Source of the DNA: Candidatus Doudnabacteria bacterium RIFCSPHIGHO2_01_FULL_46_24
GTDB lineage: Bacteria; Patescibacteriota; Doudnabacteria; UBA920; O2-02-FULL-48-8
DNA: 42,329 bases
Reading direction: 5' to 3'
Assembly: GCA_001777575.1 (NCBI GenBank)
Contig: MFEL01000007.1
Span: forward strand, 1 to 42,329
The notes under the pieces are model-generated. The model was not told where the DNA came from and did not search any database. It was given only the letters and a program-made list of their open reading frames with translations. This document shows positions 7,091 to 16,422 of the stretch, piece by piece; position 1 is the first letter of the stretch; the number at the start of each line of letters is the position of its first letter. The translations under genes and the position numbers were made by a program.

Positions 7091-7121
7091 CCTCAACTTC
7101 GCTGAAGCTACGTCGGGCAGG
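7091..7121 (-). repeat. CCTG-tailed REP-like palindrome
   Basis: Minus strand reads CCTG-CCCGACGTAGCTTCAGCGAAGTTGAGG. Confidence 0.5.
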
Positions 7122-7225
7122 CTGATCAGTTCTGCTCCATCAAAGTTGTTTGGTAATTTTATTATCTTAAAACCCCCGATCATAAACTCGGGGGTTTTCG
7201 TAAGGCCAGGTACTAGAAATTTGAC

Positions 7226-7609
7226 TTAGAATACTCCGTATTTGTTGCGCACGGCCCACATGTCGCTTTCGGAAATTTTGTTTTGCTGCAGGAGGTTTTG
7301 AAGTTTAGTCTTAATTTCACTTTTGGTTATCCCTTGTCCGCCAATGCTTTGTTTGAAAGCTTCAGCCACGTGCCAGCGCGCGTTGGGGCTTAGCGATGCA
7401 GTTTTGCCGCTTTTCAAATCTTGCTCGACGTGGTAGCCGAAACCGCTTTTGAACATTGACTCATCATGGTAGGCGCCGGCGCGCAAATCCAATTTTTTCG
7501 GCCCGCTTGGCTGGTTTGGCATACTTGGCTTCATCGCCATCCTCGAAGGCGGAGCGCCGAAACTCGGCTTACCCATCGCCGTTTTCCAGACTTCGTTTAG
7601 TAATCCCAT
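7226..7609 (-). CDS. Hypothetical protein
   Basis: 127-aa ORF with an AT-rich upstream region and a hairpin downstream; no family recognised. Confidence 0.65.
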   Translation of the reverse strand: MGLLNEVWKTAMGKPSFGAPPSRMAMKPSMPNQPSGPKKLDLRAGAYHDESMFKSGFGYHVEQDLKSGKTASLSPNARWHVAEAFKQSIGGQGITKSEIKTKLQNLLQQNKISESDMWAVRNKYGVF

Positions 7610-7683
7610 ATTTTTGTTATTGTTTCCTTTTTGGATTATTTCTATATATAATTATAGCATAATTTAGTAAAAATTTCAATAGC

Positions 7684-8403
7684 ATGATTGTGAAAGCCAT
7701 TAGGACAAGAATTTTTTTGGAAGGCGAGAACCTGGTGCGTTTTATAACTAAGTACGTCCCGAAACTTCCTGACAGATCGATTTTGGTCGTGACTTCCAAA
7801 ATTGTCGCCCTGGCGGAAAAAAGGACGGCCAAATATGAAGGGCGGGCCGCGAAAGAAAAATTGATTCGCGCCGAAAGCGAATGGGCCATCCGCACCAAGT
7901 ACGTGTTTGCCACGCTCAAAGACGGGGCATTGGTGGCCAGCGCCGGCATCGATGAATCAAATGCCAACGGCAAGTTAATCATGCTGCCCAAGGACAGCAT
8001 GAGAACGGCTCAATATCTCCGCCGCAGATTGATGAAGGCGCATAGGCTAAATAAATTAGGAATTTTGATAACTGACAGCCGCGTGGCTCCGCTGCGCACG
8101 GGGGTCTTGGGCATCGCCATGGGTTATGCGGGATTCGGAGCGCTTCGCGATTACCGAGGAACAAAGGATATTTTTGGGCGCAAACTCAAGTACACTCAAA
8201 CCAATGTCGCTGATGGCTTGGCTACTGCCGCGACACTGGTCATGGGCGAAGGCAAGGAACAGACTCCGATAGCGGTGATTAAAAATGCTCCCGTTCAGTT
8301 CAAGAATAAGGTTATGAAGCACGAACTTCGTATTGATGTTAGGGATGACATGTACGGACCCCTGTTCAAATCTTTCCCAACCAGGGCGGGGAGAAAAAGT
8401 TGA
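7684..8403 (+). CDS. CofE-like gamma-glutamyl ligase, paralog 1
   Basis: VVTSKIVA, SAGIDESN, ITDS, PLRTG, and LVMGEG.EQTP motifs. Confidence 0.9.
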   Translation: MIVKAIRTRIFLEGENLVRFITKYVPKLPDRSILVVTSKIVALAEKRTAKYEGRAAKEKLIRAESEWAIRTKYVFATLKDGALVASAGIDESNANGKLIMLPKDSMRTAQYLRRRLMKAHRLNKLGILITDSRVAPLRTGVLGIAMGYAGFGALRDYRGTKDIFGRKLKYTQTNVADGLATAATLVMGEGKEQTPIAVIKNAPVQFKNKVMKHELRIDVRDDMYGPLFKSFPTRAGRKS

Positions 8404-8471
8404 CGTCGAATTGAATATTCATTATAATTTTGGAGTAGTTGAGGTGGAAAACTCTCAGAAATTCAAATAAA

Positions 8472-9542
8472 ATGCTATTTGGCAAACCCAAAAGTCAGTT
8501 AGGTGTCGATATCGGCACTTCCAACATCAAAATCGTTCAGTTGCGGCCCAAAGATAACAAATTCGTGTTGGAAACTTACGGGACCGTCAACGTAGCATAC
8601 CAGCTGTCTAATAAAGACAGCATCAGCTCCATAACCCAAACCGCTCAGCTGCTTAAGAATTTGCTCCAGAAATCGGGAGTGACCACCCACAAAGTCATTG
8701 CCTCCCTGCCCAACAGCGTGGTTTTTACGTCCGTCATCGAGATGCCCAAAATTCCGGAGGATGAACTGGGCACGGCCATTGAATTTGAAGCCAAAAAGTA
8801 CGTGCCACTGCCGCTTGAGGAAGTCGCGCTGTCCTGGAGTGTGATAGAAGAGCGGACAAAAAAAATCACCAAAGACACCAAAGACACCAATTTGGGGTCA
8901 CCGACCGGTAACACCAAGACCAAGGTGCTGCTGACCGCAGTACCGACCGCGGTCGTCGACAATTACATCAAGGTTTTTCACGAAGCGGGGCTGGAGCCGG
9001 AAGCTTTGGAAATCGAAGCGCTGTCGCTTATCCGCTCTCTTGTCGGCGAGGATTTGAACACGATCGTGCTGATTGACGTCGGGGCCAAGAATACAAGCAT
9101 CAATTTGGTGGACAACGGATACTTAAGGCTTTCCAAAAATTTGACTGTTGGCGGCGATACAGTAACCACCTCGATCGCCCAAAGCTTGTCCGTGAATTTC
9201 GCCCGCGCCGAGCAATTCAAAAAAGATTTCGGATTAACCAGCCAAAACCAGCAGATTCCCCAAGTCATGCGCCCAATTTTGGACATCATCAAAAATGAAA
9301 CCGTGCAGCTTATCAATTTGTTTGAAAGCCGAGGTGAGAAAATCGACAAAGTTTTGCTCTCCGGCGGCGGGGCCAAGCTTCCCAATTTAAGCGAATATTT
9401 TTCCACGGTCGGCAAGCCGGTCTCCCTGGCCGCCCCCTGGTCCAATGTGCTCTACCCACCGGAACTCAAAGGGTTAGTTGAACCATTAGGCCTCAACCTC
9501 GCCGTAGCCGCCGGCTTGGCCATGCGACACAGCGGAGATTAA
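8472..9542 (+). CDS. pilM: Type IV pilus assembly protein PilM
   Basis: Actin-like motifs GVDIGTSNIK, IDVGA and LSGGGAKL; FEAKKYVP. Confidence 0.93.
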   Translation: MLFGKPKSQLGVDIGTSNIKIVQLRPKDNKFVLETYGTVNVAYQLSNKDSISSITQTAQLLKNLLQKSGVTTHKVIASLPNSVVFTSVIEMPKIPEDELGTAIEFEAKKYVPLPLEEVALSWSVIEERTKKITKDTKDTNLGSPTGNTKTKVLLTAVPTAVVDNYIKVFHEAGLEPEALEIEALSLIRSLVGEDLNTIVLIDVGAKNTSINLVDNGYLRLSKNLTVGGDTVTTSIAQSLSVNFARAEQFKKDFGLTSQNQQIPQVMRPILDIIKNETVQLINLFESRGEKIDKVLLSGGGAKLPNLSEYFSTVGKPVSLAAPWSNVLYPPELKGLVEPLGLNLAVAAGLAMRHSGD

Positions 9543-9559
9543 AGAGAAAAGATAAAAAA

Positions 9560-10114
9560 GTGCAGGAAATCAACTTACTAAAAAGTCAGCTTAAGGACAC
9601 CACTCATCTTTGGCAAACGCGGGCCAGGATTATGACTATGGCCTTGACGTTTTTGCTTATTTTGGAGTTGGGAGGAAGCGGAATTCTTTACGTGCTTTCC
9701 AAATCGACCCAAAGCAAAATCACGGCAGGATTGGCCGATAATCAACAAACCCAAAATCGAATAAACGAGCAAGAAAGCCAGCTGACTCCCGCAAAAGCCT
9801 TTCAAGCCCAAACCCAAAATTTAGGCAATTTGCTTGGCTTACATATTTATTGGTCAAATTTTTTCGAGGAATTGTCAGCCCGGACATTCAACAAGGCGAG
9901 CTTCCAAAACATCAGCGCCGATCAATCCGGCAGCATCCACTTGGAAGGCTTAGTCAAGAATTATTCCGAGTTGGGCAAGTTGCTCTTGGGCCTTTCGACC
10001 TCAAGCCAGTTTGAAGAAGTCAAACTTTTGTCCTCTTCCCCGTCCACGGGAGAAATTTCCGGCCTGTCCTTTTCGATCGACTTAAAAGTAAAAAAAGCTT
10101 TGTTGTATAAATAA
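9560..10114 (+). CDS. pilN: PilN-like alignment protein
   Basis: EINLL motif, one TM, coiled coil; follows pilM. Confidence 0.85.
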   Translation: MQEINLLKSQLKDTTHLWQTRARIMTMALTFLLILELGGSGILYVLSKSTQSKITAGLADNQQTQNRINEQESQLTPAKAFQAQTQNLGNLLGLHIYWSNFFEELSARTFNKASFQNISADQSGSIHLEGLVKNYSELGKLLLGLSTSSQFEEVKLLSSSPSTGEISGLSFSIDLKVKKALLYK

Positions 10115-10121
10115 TCAAACA

Positions 10122-10664
10122 ATGCAGAAGGATTTCAAAACCCAAAGCATGGCGGTTTCCCTGCTGACGCTGGTCTGTATTTTAGCCGGCTATTTTGGCG
10201 TATATAAGTTCTGGGAAAAATATTCAATAGCCGCAGCCCAGCAGAAAGTGGTTATTCGAGACGGTCAAACCCTCGCCGCCGCCCAAACTGAACTGAACCA
10301 ATTTCTCGACCAATTCGAATCATTGGAAAAGGAGACTGAAATTGCTCGCAAGGCGTTGCCGACGAACGAAGAATTGGCTGTGCTTTTGGCCAGCATTGAT
10401 GAGCTGTCCAAACTTTCCGGATTCGCCATTTCCACCATCAACCAAAACAGCAACCCGGATGTCGCAAAAGCGGTAACCCAATTTTCGGTGATTCCCATGG
10501 ACCTGCAGATTAGCGGCAGCGGTTCTTATTTTTCGTTCAAAGATTTTCTGCGGCGGCTGGAATCGCACCTGCGGCTGATTGACGTATCCAATATCAATTT
10601 CCGGGTTGATGAGGTCGAGAATTTGCAAGTTGAAATGCGGGTTCGCACTTATTATCAGAAATAA
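10122..10664 (+). CDS. pilO: PilO-like alignment protein
   Basis: TM plus coiled coil; ALP, GSYFSFKDFL, RLIDV. Confidence 0.85.
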   Translation: MQKDFKTQSMAVSLLTLVCILAGYFGVYKFWEKYSIAAAQQKVVIRDGQTLAAAQTELNQFLDQFESLEKETEIARKALPTNEELAVLLASIDELSKLSGFAISTINQNSNPDVAKAVTQFSVIPMDLQISGSGSYFSFKDFLRRLESHLRLIDVSNINFRVDEVENLQVEMRVRTYYQK

Positions 10665-10669
10665 AACAA

Positions 10670-10963
10670 ATGCTTACAGCTAAGAAAAAAAGGGTCTATA
10701 TCGGGATAATTATTTTCTGCATCGTGGCGACGATTGCGGTATTTGTTTTATACAAGCCTTCAGTCCCAACCTTGGATCTGTCTCAATTCCAAAGCCAAAA
10801 TTCGACTGCTGCTTCCGGAGGCATTCGGGTCTTCCCGCAAAACAAGCAGTTTGACGAGTCGGTGTTCAAATTAAGCAAGTTTAAGTCCCTGACGGAATAC
10901 CAGCCGATTGAATTGAACGAAGAGGAGCTGGGCAGGGAGAATCCATTTAAGCCGCAATTGTGA
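10670..10963 (+). CDS. Small TM protein in the PilP position
   Basis: N-terminal TM and C-terminal GRENPF (compare the PilP RDPF motif). Confidence 0.7.
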   Translation: MLTAKKKRVYIGIIIFCIVATIAVFVLYKPSVPTLDLSQFQSQNSTAASGGIRVFPQNKQFDESVFKLSKFKSLTEYQPIELNEEELGRENPFKPQL

Positions 10964-12717
10964 TACAGCCTCAGCTTAAAACTCTGAATTTTGAAGACTT
11001 CCTGGTTGATAAAAATTTTTTAACCAAGGAGATCTTGACTAAGGCGCGGACTGAATCCAGCACAGCGCACCGCAATCTGTTTGACTACTTGATTTCCGAA
11101 AAATACCTGACCGAAGAACAACTGACCCAGGCCCGAGGACTTTTTTTTAATCTGCCTTACATTGATCTGCGCAACAGGCAGGTCAGAAAAGAAGTTTTGG
11201 AAATCGCCTCCAAGGAGACAATTTCCAATTACAAGTTCGCGCCGTTTGAATTGACTGATAACGTGCTAAAAGTGGCTTTGACCGATCCGACCAACCTCTC
11301 AGCCCTCGAGGCGCTGGAGTTTTTGTCCCAAAAGAAAAAATTTCACATCGAGCCGTATATCACCTCCCTTACCAGCTTCCAATCGGTCTTTCATCGCAGC
11401 GGCAATATCACCACCGAAGTCACGGCGGCGCTAAATGAGGTTGAGCAGGAAAAGCAGGAAAAGCAAAAAACCACCAAAGTGTTCAAAGTGTTCGAGTCGG
11501 TGGTGGAGCAAAAGATCATTGACGAGGCTCCGATTTCGAAAATCGTTGACGTGGTCATCCGCCACGCCATTGAGGGCCGGGCATCTGACATCCACATTGA
11601 GCCTTCGGAAGAAGATTTGCGTGTCCGCTATCGGATTGACGGCATTCTCCACAGTTCCCTGATTTTACCTAAAGCCGTTCATGCCGCGATCATCTCAAGG
11701 ATAAAAATTTTATCCAACCTAAAAATTGACGAACAACGGCTGCCTCAAGACGGCAGGTTTCACATCGATCTCGACGGCAAATCGATTGATTTCCGGGTTT
11801 CGACCTTTCCCACCATAGTCGGGGAAAAGATCGTGCTGAGAATTTTGGACAAGTCCAGCGGCGCTCCGACTCTGGAGGAACTGGGTGTGACTGGGCGCGC
11901 CATGAAGATCATGAACGAGGCTATCAAACGCCCTTATGGCATGTTTCTCATGACCGGCCCTACGGGCAGCGGCAAATCAACCACGCTCTATGCCGTCTTA
12001 AGCATACTCAATAAGCCGGGGGTCAATATCGTGACGTTGGAAGATCCGGTGGAGTATTTCATTGACGGGGTCAACCAGGCGCAGATCCGGCCGGAGATCG
12101 GGTTGACTTTTGCCTCGGGCTTGCGCTCGATCTTGCGGCAGGACCCCAACATCATCATGGTCGGCGAGATCCGGGACCGCGAAACGGCGGATCTGGCTGT
12201 GAATTCGGCGCTGACCGGACATTTGGTGTTTTCGACCCTGCACACGAACAGTGCCGCCGGCGCCATCCCTCGCCTCATGGATATGGGTATCGAGCCTTTT
12301 TTGATGACCGCCTCAGTCAACCTGCTGGCGGCCCAGCGGCTGGTTCGCAAAATTTGCGGCAAATGCAAAACTAGCGCCGACGTTTCCGATGCTTTTTCCG
12401 AAATGATTAAGTCCGAACTGAGGGGTGTATCGGAAGAAGAGTTAAACGGCGCGGACCCGAAGCACCCGAAACTGTCTGTCGGCCGAGGCTGCCCGGTTTG
12501 TTCCAACAGCGGCTTTCGCGGCCGCATCGGGATTTTTGAAGTGCTGCCGGTGACCAAAACTATCCAGAATTTAATCAACGATCGTGCGGGCGAGAATAAA
12601 ATCCTGGAAACCGCCATCGCCGAAGGCATGATCCTGATGCGGCAGGATGGACTGATTAAGGCGCTTAAGGGACTGACGACCATCGAAGAGGTCGTCCGTG
12701 CCACCAAGGAAGAATGA
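10960..12717 (+). CDS. pilB: PilB/GspE extension ATPase
   Basis: ASDIHIEP, GPTGSGKSTT, LRQDPNIIMVGEIRD, two CxxC motifs. Confidence 0.96.
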   Translation: MIQPQLKTLNFEDFLVDKNFLTKEILTKARTESSTAHRNLFDYLISEKYLTEEQLTQARGLFFNLPYIDLRNRQVRKEVLEIASKETISNYKFAPFELTDNVLKVALTDPTNLSALEALEFLSQKKKFHIEPYITSLTSFQSVFHRSGNITTEVTAALNEVEQEKQEKQKTTKVFKVFESVVEQKIIDEAPISKIVDVVIRHAIEGRASDIHIEPSEEDLRVRYRIDGILHSSLILPKAVHAAIISRIKILSNLKIDEQRLPQDGRFHIDLDGKSIDFRVSTFPTIVGEKIVLRILDKSSGAPTLEELGVTGRAMKIMNEAIKRPYGMFLMTGPTGSGKSTTLYAVLSILNKPGVNIVTLEDPVEYFIDGVNQAQIRPEIGLTFASGLRSILRQDPNIIMVGEIRDRETADLAVNSALTGHLVFSTLHTNSAAGAIPRLMDMGIEPFLMTASVNLLAAQRLVRKICGKCKTSADVSDAFSEMIKSELRGVSEEELNGADPKHPKLSVGRGCPVCSNSGFRGRIGIFEVLPVTKTIQNLINDRAGENKILETAIAEGMILMRQDGLIKALKGLTTIEEVVRATKEE

Positions 12718-12718
12718 T

Positions 12719-13084
12719 ATGCGGGAAATTTTATTCGTCCATCCGGATGAAAAACTGTTGGTTATTTACCAGCAGAAGCTCAAACCTCACTTCAAGGTTC
12801 ATTCAGCCGTAGACGGGCTTTCGGCCGTAAGAAAAATTCGACTGATATCGCCGCAGGCCGTAATCAGCGAATACCGTTTGCCCTTGCTTTCCGGCAAAGC
12901 ATTGGTCCGATTCGTCCGCAGCTATAGCCCGACCGCAACCATTCCGTTTATCTTCTTTTCCCAGGAACACTTCGACCCGCAAGCGCTGAATCTGGGAGCT
13001 AATGATTGGTTAAGCCAGCAAACCACGCCGCCCGATGTGGTGATTGAAAAAATTCATTATCATTTAGGAGTGAAGAATGTATAA
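12719..13084 (+). CDS. Single-domain atypical receiver (CheY-like) protein
   Basis: Receiver pattern (ILFV, A.DG..A, P.AVISE, TATIPFIFFS, LGANDWL) with degenerate active-site residues. Confidence 0.8.
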   Translation: MREILFVHPDEKLLVIYQQKLKPHFKVHSAVDGLSAVRKIRLISPQAVISEYRLPLLSGKALVRFVRSYSPTATIPFIFFSQEHFDPQALNLGANDWLSQQTTPPDVVIEKIHYHLGVKNV

Positions 13085-14153
13085 GTCAATGGAGCTGGAA
13101 GTCAACAATTTGCTGATGCGCGTTTTGGAGCGCGGCGCGTCGGATTTACACCTAACCGCAGGTAAACCGCCGACTCTGCGGATCGACAGCAACCTCACCG
13201 AGCTCAAGGATTTCGAAGTGCTTTCAGGCAATGCCATCGCCTCCCTAATCGACGTTCTGTTGGGGAGCGAAGACAAGCGCAAACAATTCAAGGAGGATAG
13301 GGAATTGGACTTGTCCTTCTCGTTTAAGGACAACGTTCGGTTTCGAGTTAACGTCTATTACCAGAAAGGCTATCCGGCCGCCGCCTTGCGCTTGATACCC
13401 AATAAAATCAAAACCGTGGAAGAGCTGGGTTTGCCGCCGCAGATTAAAAGCTTTGTCAATTTCGCCCAGGGACTGGTGCTGATCGTCGGCCCAACCGGAC
13501 ACGGCAAATCCACGACGCTGGCTTCCTTGATTGATTTGATCAACCACAGCCGCGCGGAAAATATCGTAACTGTCGAAGATCCGATTGAATATATCTACAC
13601 CGCCGACCGCTGCATAATTAATCAGCGGGAGGTGGGCATGGATACCAAATCGTTCGGCCGAGCGTTGCGCTCGGTGCTAAGAGAGGATGCGGATGTGGTA
13701 CTGGTGGGGGAAATGCGGGATTTGGAATCCATCGCCACTACCATCACCATTGCCGAGACCGGGCATCTGGTGTTTGCCACCCTGCATACCAACAATGCCG
13801 CGCAGACCATTGACAGGATTATCGACGTCTTTCCGGCTTACCAGCAAAACCAAATCCGCTCGCAGCTTGCCAACATTTTAGTCGGTGTCATGTCGCAGAG
13901 GCTGCTGCCCAAAATTGGCGGTGGGCGCATGCCGGCCATGGAAATCATGATCACCAACAACGCCGTGGCCAATGTCATACGGGAAGGCAAAACTTACGAA
14001 TTGCCCAATATCATCCACACCAGTGCTTCATCCGGCATGGTTTCGCTGGATAAAAGCCTGGCTGATTTGGTCAGAAGCAATGTTGTCAAAGTCGAAGATG
14101 TTTTGCCTTATGTTTCCGACCACGATACGTTCGACGGCATTTTAAGGAGATAA
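13077..14153 (+). CDS. pilT: PilT retraction ATPase
   Basis: ASDLHL, GPTGHGKST, GEMRD, and AVANVIRE (AIRNLIRE-like). Confidence 0.95.
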   Translation: MYKSMELEVNNLLMRVLERGASDLHLTAGKPPTLRIDSNLTELKDFEVLSGNAIASLIDVLLGSEDKRKQFKEDRELDLSFSFKDNVRFRVNVYYQKGYPAAALRLIPNKIKTVEELGLPPQIKSFVNFAQGLVLIVGPTGHGKSTTLASLIDLINHSRAENIVTVEDPIEYIYTADRCIINQREVGMDTKSFGRALRSVLREDADVVLVGEMRDLESIATTITIAETGHLVFATLHTNNAAQTIDRIIDVFPAYQQNQIRSQLANILVGVMSQRLLPKIGGGRMPAMEIMITNNAVANVIREGKTYELPNIIHTSASSGMVSLDKSLADLVRSNVVKVEDVLPYVSDHDTFDGILRR

Positions 14154-14166
14154 TTGATTTAACAAA

Positions 14167-15369
14167 ATGGAATTTGCTTATCAAGCACGGGATAAGGAGG
14201 GGATGATGCGGACCGGGACTGTGGAAGCGGCCACCGAGGTTTTGGCTTATGACATGCTGCAGGAGCATGGATTGATCGTCATCAAGATCATTCCAGCCGG
14301 CAAGGTGACGCTGTTTTCTGAGTTCGCTTTTTTGGATAGGGTTTCGCTGAAAGATTTGGTTTTGTTTTCCCGCCAACTCTCAACCCTGATTAACGCCAAG
14401 GTGCCGATCGTGACGGCGCTTCGGGTTTTGAAAAGCCAGGTTTCTTCACGCAGGCTCCAGAAAATCATTGATGAAGTCACGACCAAAGTGGAAAACGGCG
14501 ACAGCCTGTCCTCCGCGCTGGCAGCCTATCCGAAGATTTTCAGCGACCTTTACATCAACATGATCAAATCAGGAGAGCTGGCCGGGAGCATGGATGAGTC
14601 GCTGATGTACCTGGCCAACCAGTTGGAGAAAGATTATGACCTCCGCTCAAAAATAATTTCCTCGCTGACCTATCCGGCGTTCATTGTGGTGGCATTGTTC
14701 GTGGTCGGGATATTGATGTTTATCTACGTTTTACCCCCTTTGGTTTCAATCCTGCAAGAACAAGCGGTCAGCTTGCCGTTCACGACCAAGATCTTGATTG
14801 CCATCACCAATGCCGTCCAGCATTATTGGTGGTTATTGCTGATACTCCTGGCGGGATTGATCGTGGGCTTGAGGATCTATATCCAAACCACGGTTGGCCG
14901 CTACGTCATGGATTACCTCAAACTGCACTTGCCGGTTTTCGGGAAATTGTTCAAAAATATTTACCTCTCTCGTTTCTCAAGAAACTTGGCCACGCTGGTA
15001 GCCGGCGGCATTCCCATAGTCAGGGCGCTGGATTCGGTTGCCGACACGGTGGGAAACCAGATTTATAAGGACATCATCCACGATGCCGCCTATCAAGTCA
15101 AAAACGGCAAAACCATTGCCAGCTCCTTAAGCGGCAAGCGGGACGTGCCGGAAGTTTTGGCTCAGATGACCCAGATCGGCGAGCAGACCGGGAACCTGCA
15201 GGACATTATGGCCAAGATTGCTTCCTTTTACGAGAAGGAAGTCGAGTCTATGCTGAGGGTTTTGACCACGCTGATTGAGCCTTTGATCATGATGCTTCTG
15301 GGCTTGGCGGTGGCGGTCATGGTTGCAGGAATTTTATTGCCGATATATAATTTAGCCAGTACAGCATAG
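14167..15369 (+). CDS. pilC: PilC/GspF platform protein
   Basis: FSRQLSTL, SGELAG, LTYP, IGEQTGNL, LIEP. Confidence 0.95.
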   Translation: MEFAYQARDKEGMMRTGTVEAATEVLAYDMLQEHGLIVIKIIPAGKVTLFSEFAFLDRVSLKDLVLFSRQLSTLINAKVPIVTALRVLKSQVSSRRLQKIIDEVTTKVENGDSLSSALAAYPKIFSDLYINMIKSGELAGSMDESLMYLANQLEKDYDLRSKIISSLTYPAFIVVALFVVGILMFIYVLPPLVSILQEQAVSLPFTTKILIAITNAVQHYWWLLLILLAGLIVGLRIYIQTTVGRYVMDYLKLHLPVFGKLFKNIYLSRFSRNLATLVAGGIPIVRALDSVADTVGNQIYKDIIHDAAYQVKNGKTIASSLSGKRDVPEVLAQMTQIGEQTGNLQDIMAKIASFYEKEVESMLRVLTTLIEPLIMMLLGLAVAVMVAGILLPIYNLASTA

Positions 15370-15410
15370 AGTCCTTAATGATACAAAAGGCTTGGAAGGG
15401 GGTGAACTAA

Positions 15411-15875
15411 TTGAAGTATATCAAATCTCAAAAAGGGTTCACTTTGATTGAATTGTTGGTGGTTATCGCCATTATCGGCATTTTGGCCGCTGTGGTGTTG
15501 GTTTCTCTTAACTCCGCCAGACAGAAATCCAGAGATGCCCGCAGGCTTGCGGATATCAGGCAAATCCAAACCGCTATGGAGTTGTTTTATAACGACAACA
15601 ACAGCTATCCTGATGACGGCGGAGCTTCGCCGACAGCCACGGACGGCACCCCGGCTTGGAGCACATATATGTCGCTTTGGCCGGTCGCACCTACCCCGGA
15701 AGATGGTACCTGCACTGCAGCAAACAATGCCTACGTTTACACCGGACGTAACGCGGGTGACAGCGCAGATGACGCATCTGACCCGGCGTTTTACCGTGTC
15801 GCGTTTTGTTTGGGTGCGCTTACCGGCGGACAAGCCGCGGGTACGCATAATGCCACCCCATCTGGCATCAACTAA
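15411..15875 (+). CDS. Type IV pilin (likely the major pilin)
   Basis: KG|[27 protein letters not shown]. Confidence 0.93.
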   Translation: MKYIKSQKGFTLIELLVVIAIIGILAAVVLVSLNSARQKSRDARRLADIRQIQTAMELFYNDNNSYPDDGGASPTATDGTPAWSTYMSLWPVAPTPEDGTCTAANNAYVYTGRNAGDSADDASDPAFYRVAFCLGALTGGQAAGTHNATPSGIN

Positions 15876-15941
15876 GGTTTAAGGATAGATTTCCAGCCCC
15901 ACATTGTGGAGCTGGACTTGTATACTTAAAAATCACGTATC

Positions 15942-16421
15942 ATGAATCACGTAACACGCAACAAAAATTCAGGGTTTACCCTGATCGAGCTTCTTGTGGT
16001 CGTAGCCATAATTGGGCTTTTGGCGTCCATTGTTTTGGTGGGTATGGGCAACGCGCGCATCAAAGGCCGGGATGCCAAACGCTTGTCTGACACGCAGGCA
16101 GTCAAATCAGGCTTAGATATTTATTACAGTTTCGGCTCAGGCTATCCTGCAACCACGGAATGGGATAATGCCCAAAACAATCTCACTCAGCTGGCCTGCT
16201 CGGGCCAAACCGCGTTCAAACCGCCGCAGGACCCGATCAACACCAGCAATCCCGCGTTTGACTATGTTTACACCCAGGGCGGCACTGCCTCCACCGGCTG
16301 CGGCGGAAATGTCTACAGCACTTACAAGATTCAATTTACGACTGAAGGCGCCACTGGCATCGGGCCGGCCGGCACTTATTACCTGCATCCCGGCGGCATA
16401 ACTTCCACAGCGCCGTTTTAA
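15942..16421 (+). CDS. Type IV pilin
   Basis: SG|[17 protein letters not shown]; the start codon lies inside a heptamer repeat. Confidence 0.93.
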   Translation: MNHVTRNKNSGFTLIELLVVVAIIGLLASIVLVGMGNARIKGRDAKRLSDTQAVKSGLDIYYSFGSGYPATTEWDNAQNNLTQLACSGQTAFKPPQDPINTSNPAFDYVYTQGGTASTGCGGNVYSTYKIQFTTEGATGIGPAGTYYLHPGGITSTAPF

Positions 16422-16422
16422 A

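Noticed and set aside
5131-7200. Prophage or integrase island at the duplicated tRNA 3' ends
   Set aside because: No integrase or phage genes in the window, and the duplicates lie within about 150 bp of the intact tRNAs.
7684-8403. Coenzyme F420 biosynthesis inferred from the CofE-like genes
   Set aside because: No cofC, cofD or cofGH in the window; the family also acts on other substrates, so no cofE symbol was assigned.
8868-8890. 9-nt duplication in pilM (TKDTKDT)
   Set aside because: Frame-preserving and in a variable loop; no switching potential.
11988-12707. 239-aa antisense ORF and similar shadow ORFs over pilM, the adhesins and ligA
   Set aside because: They are antisense or alternate-frame shadows of clearly identifiable genes and show no motifs.
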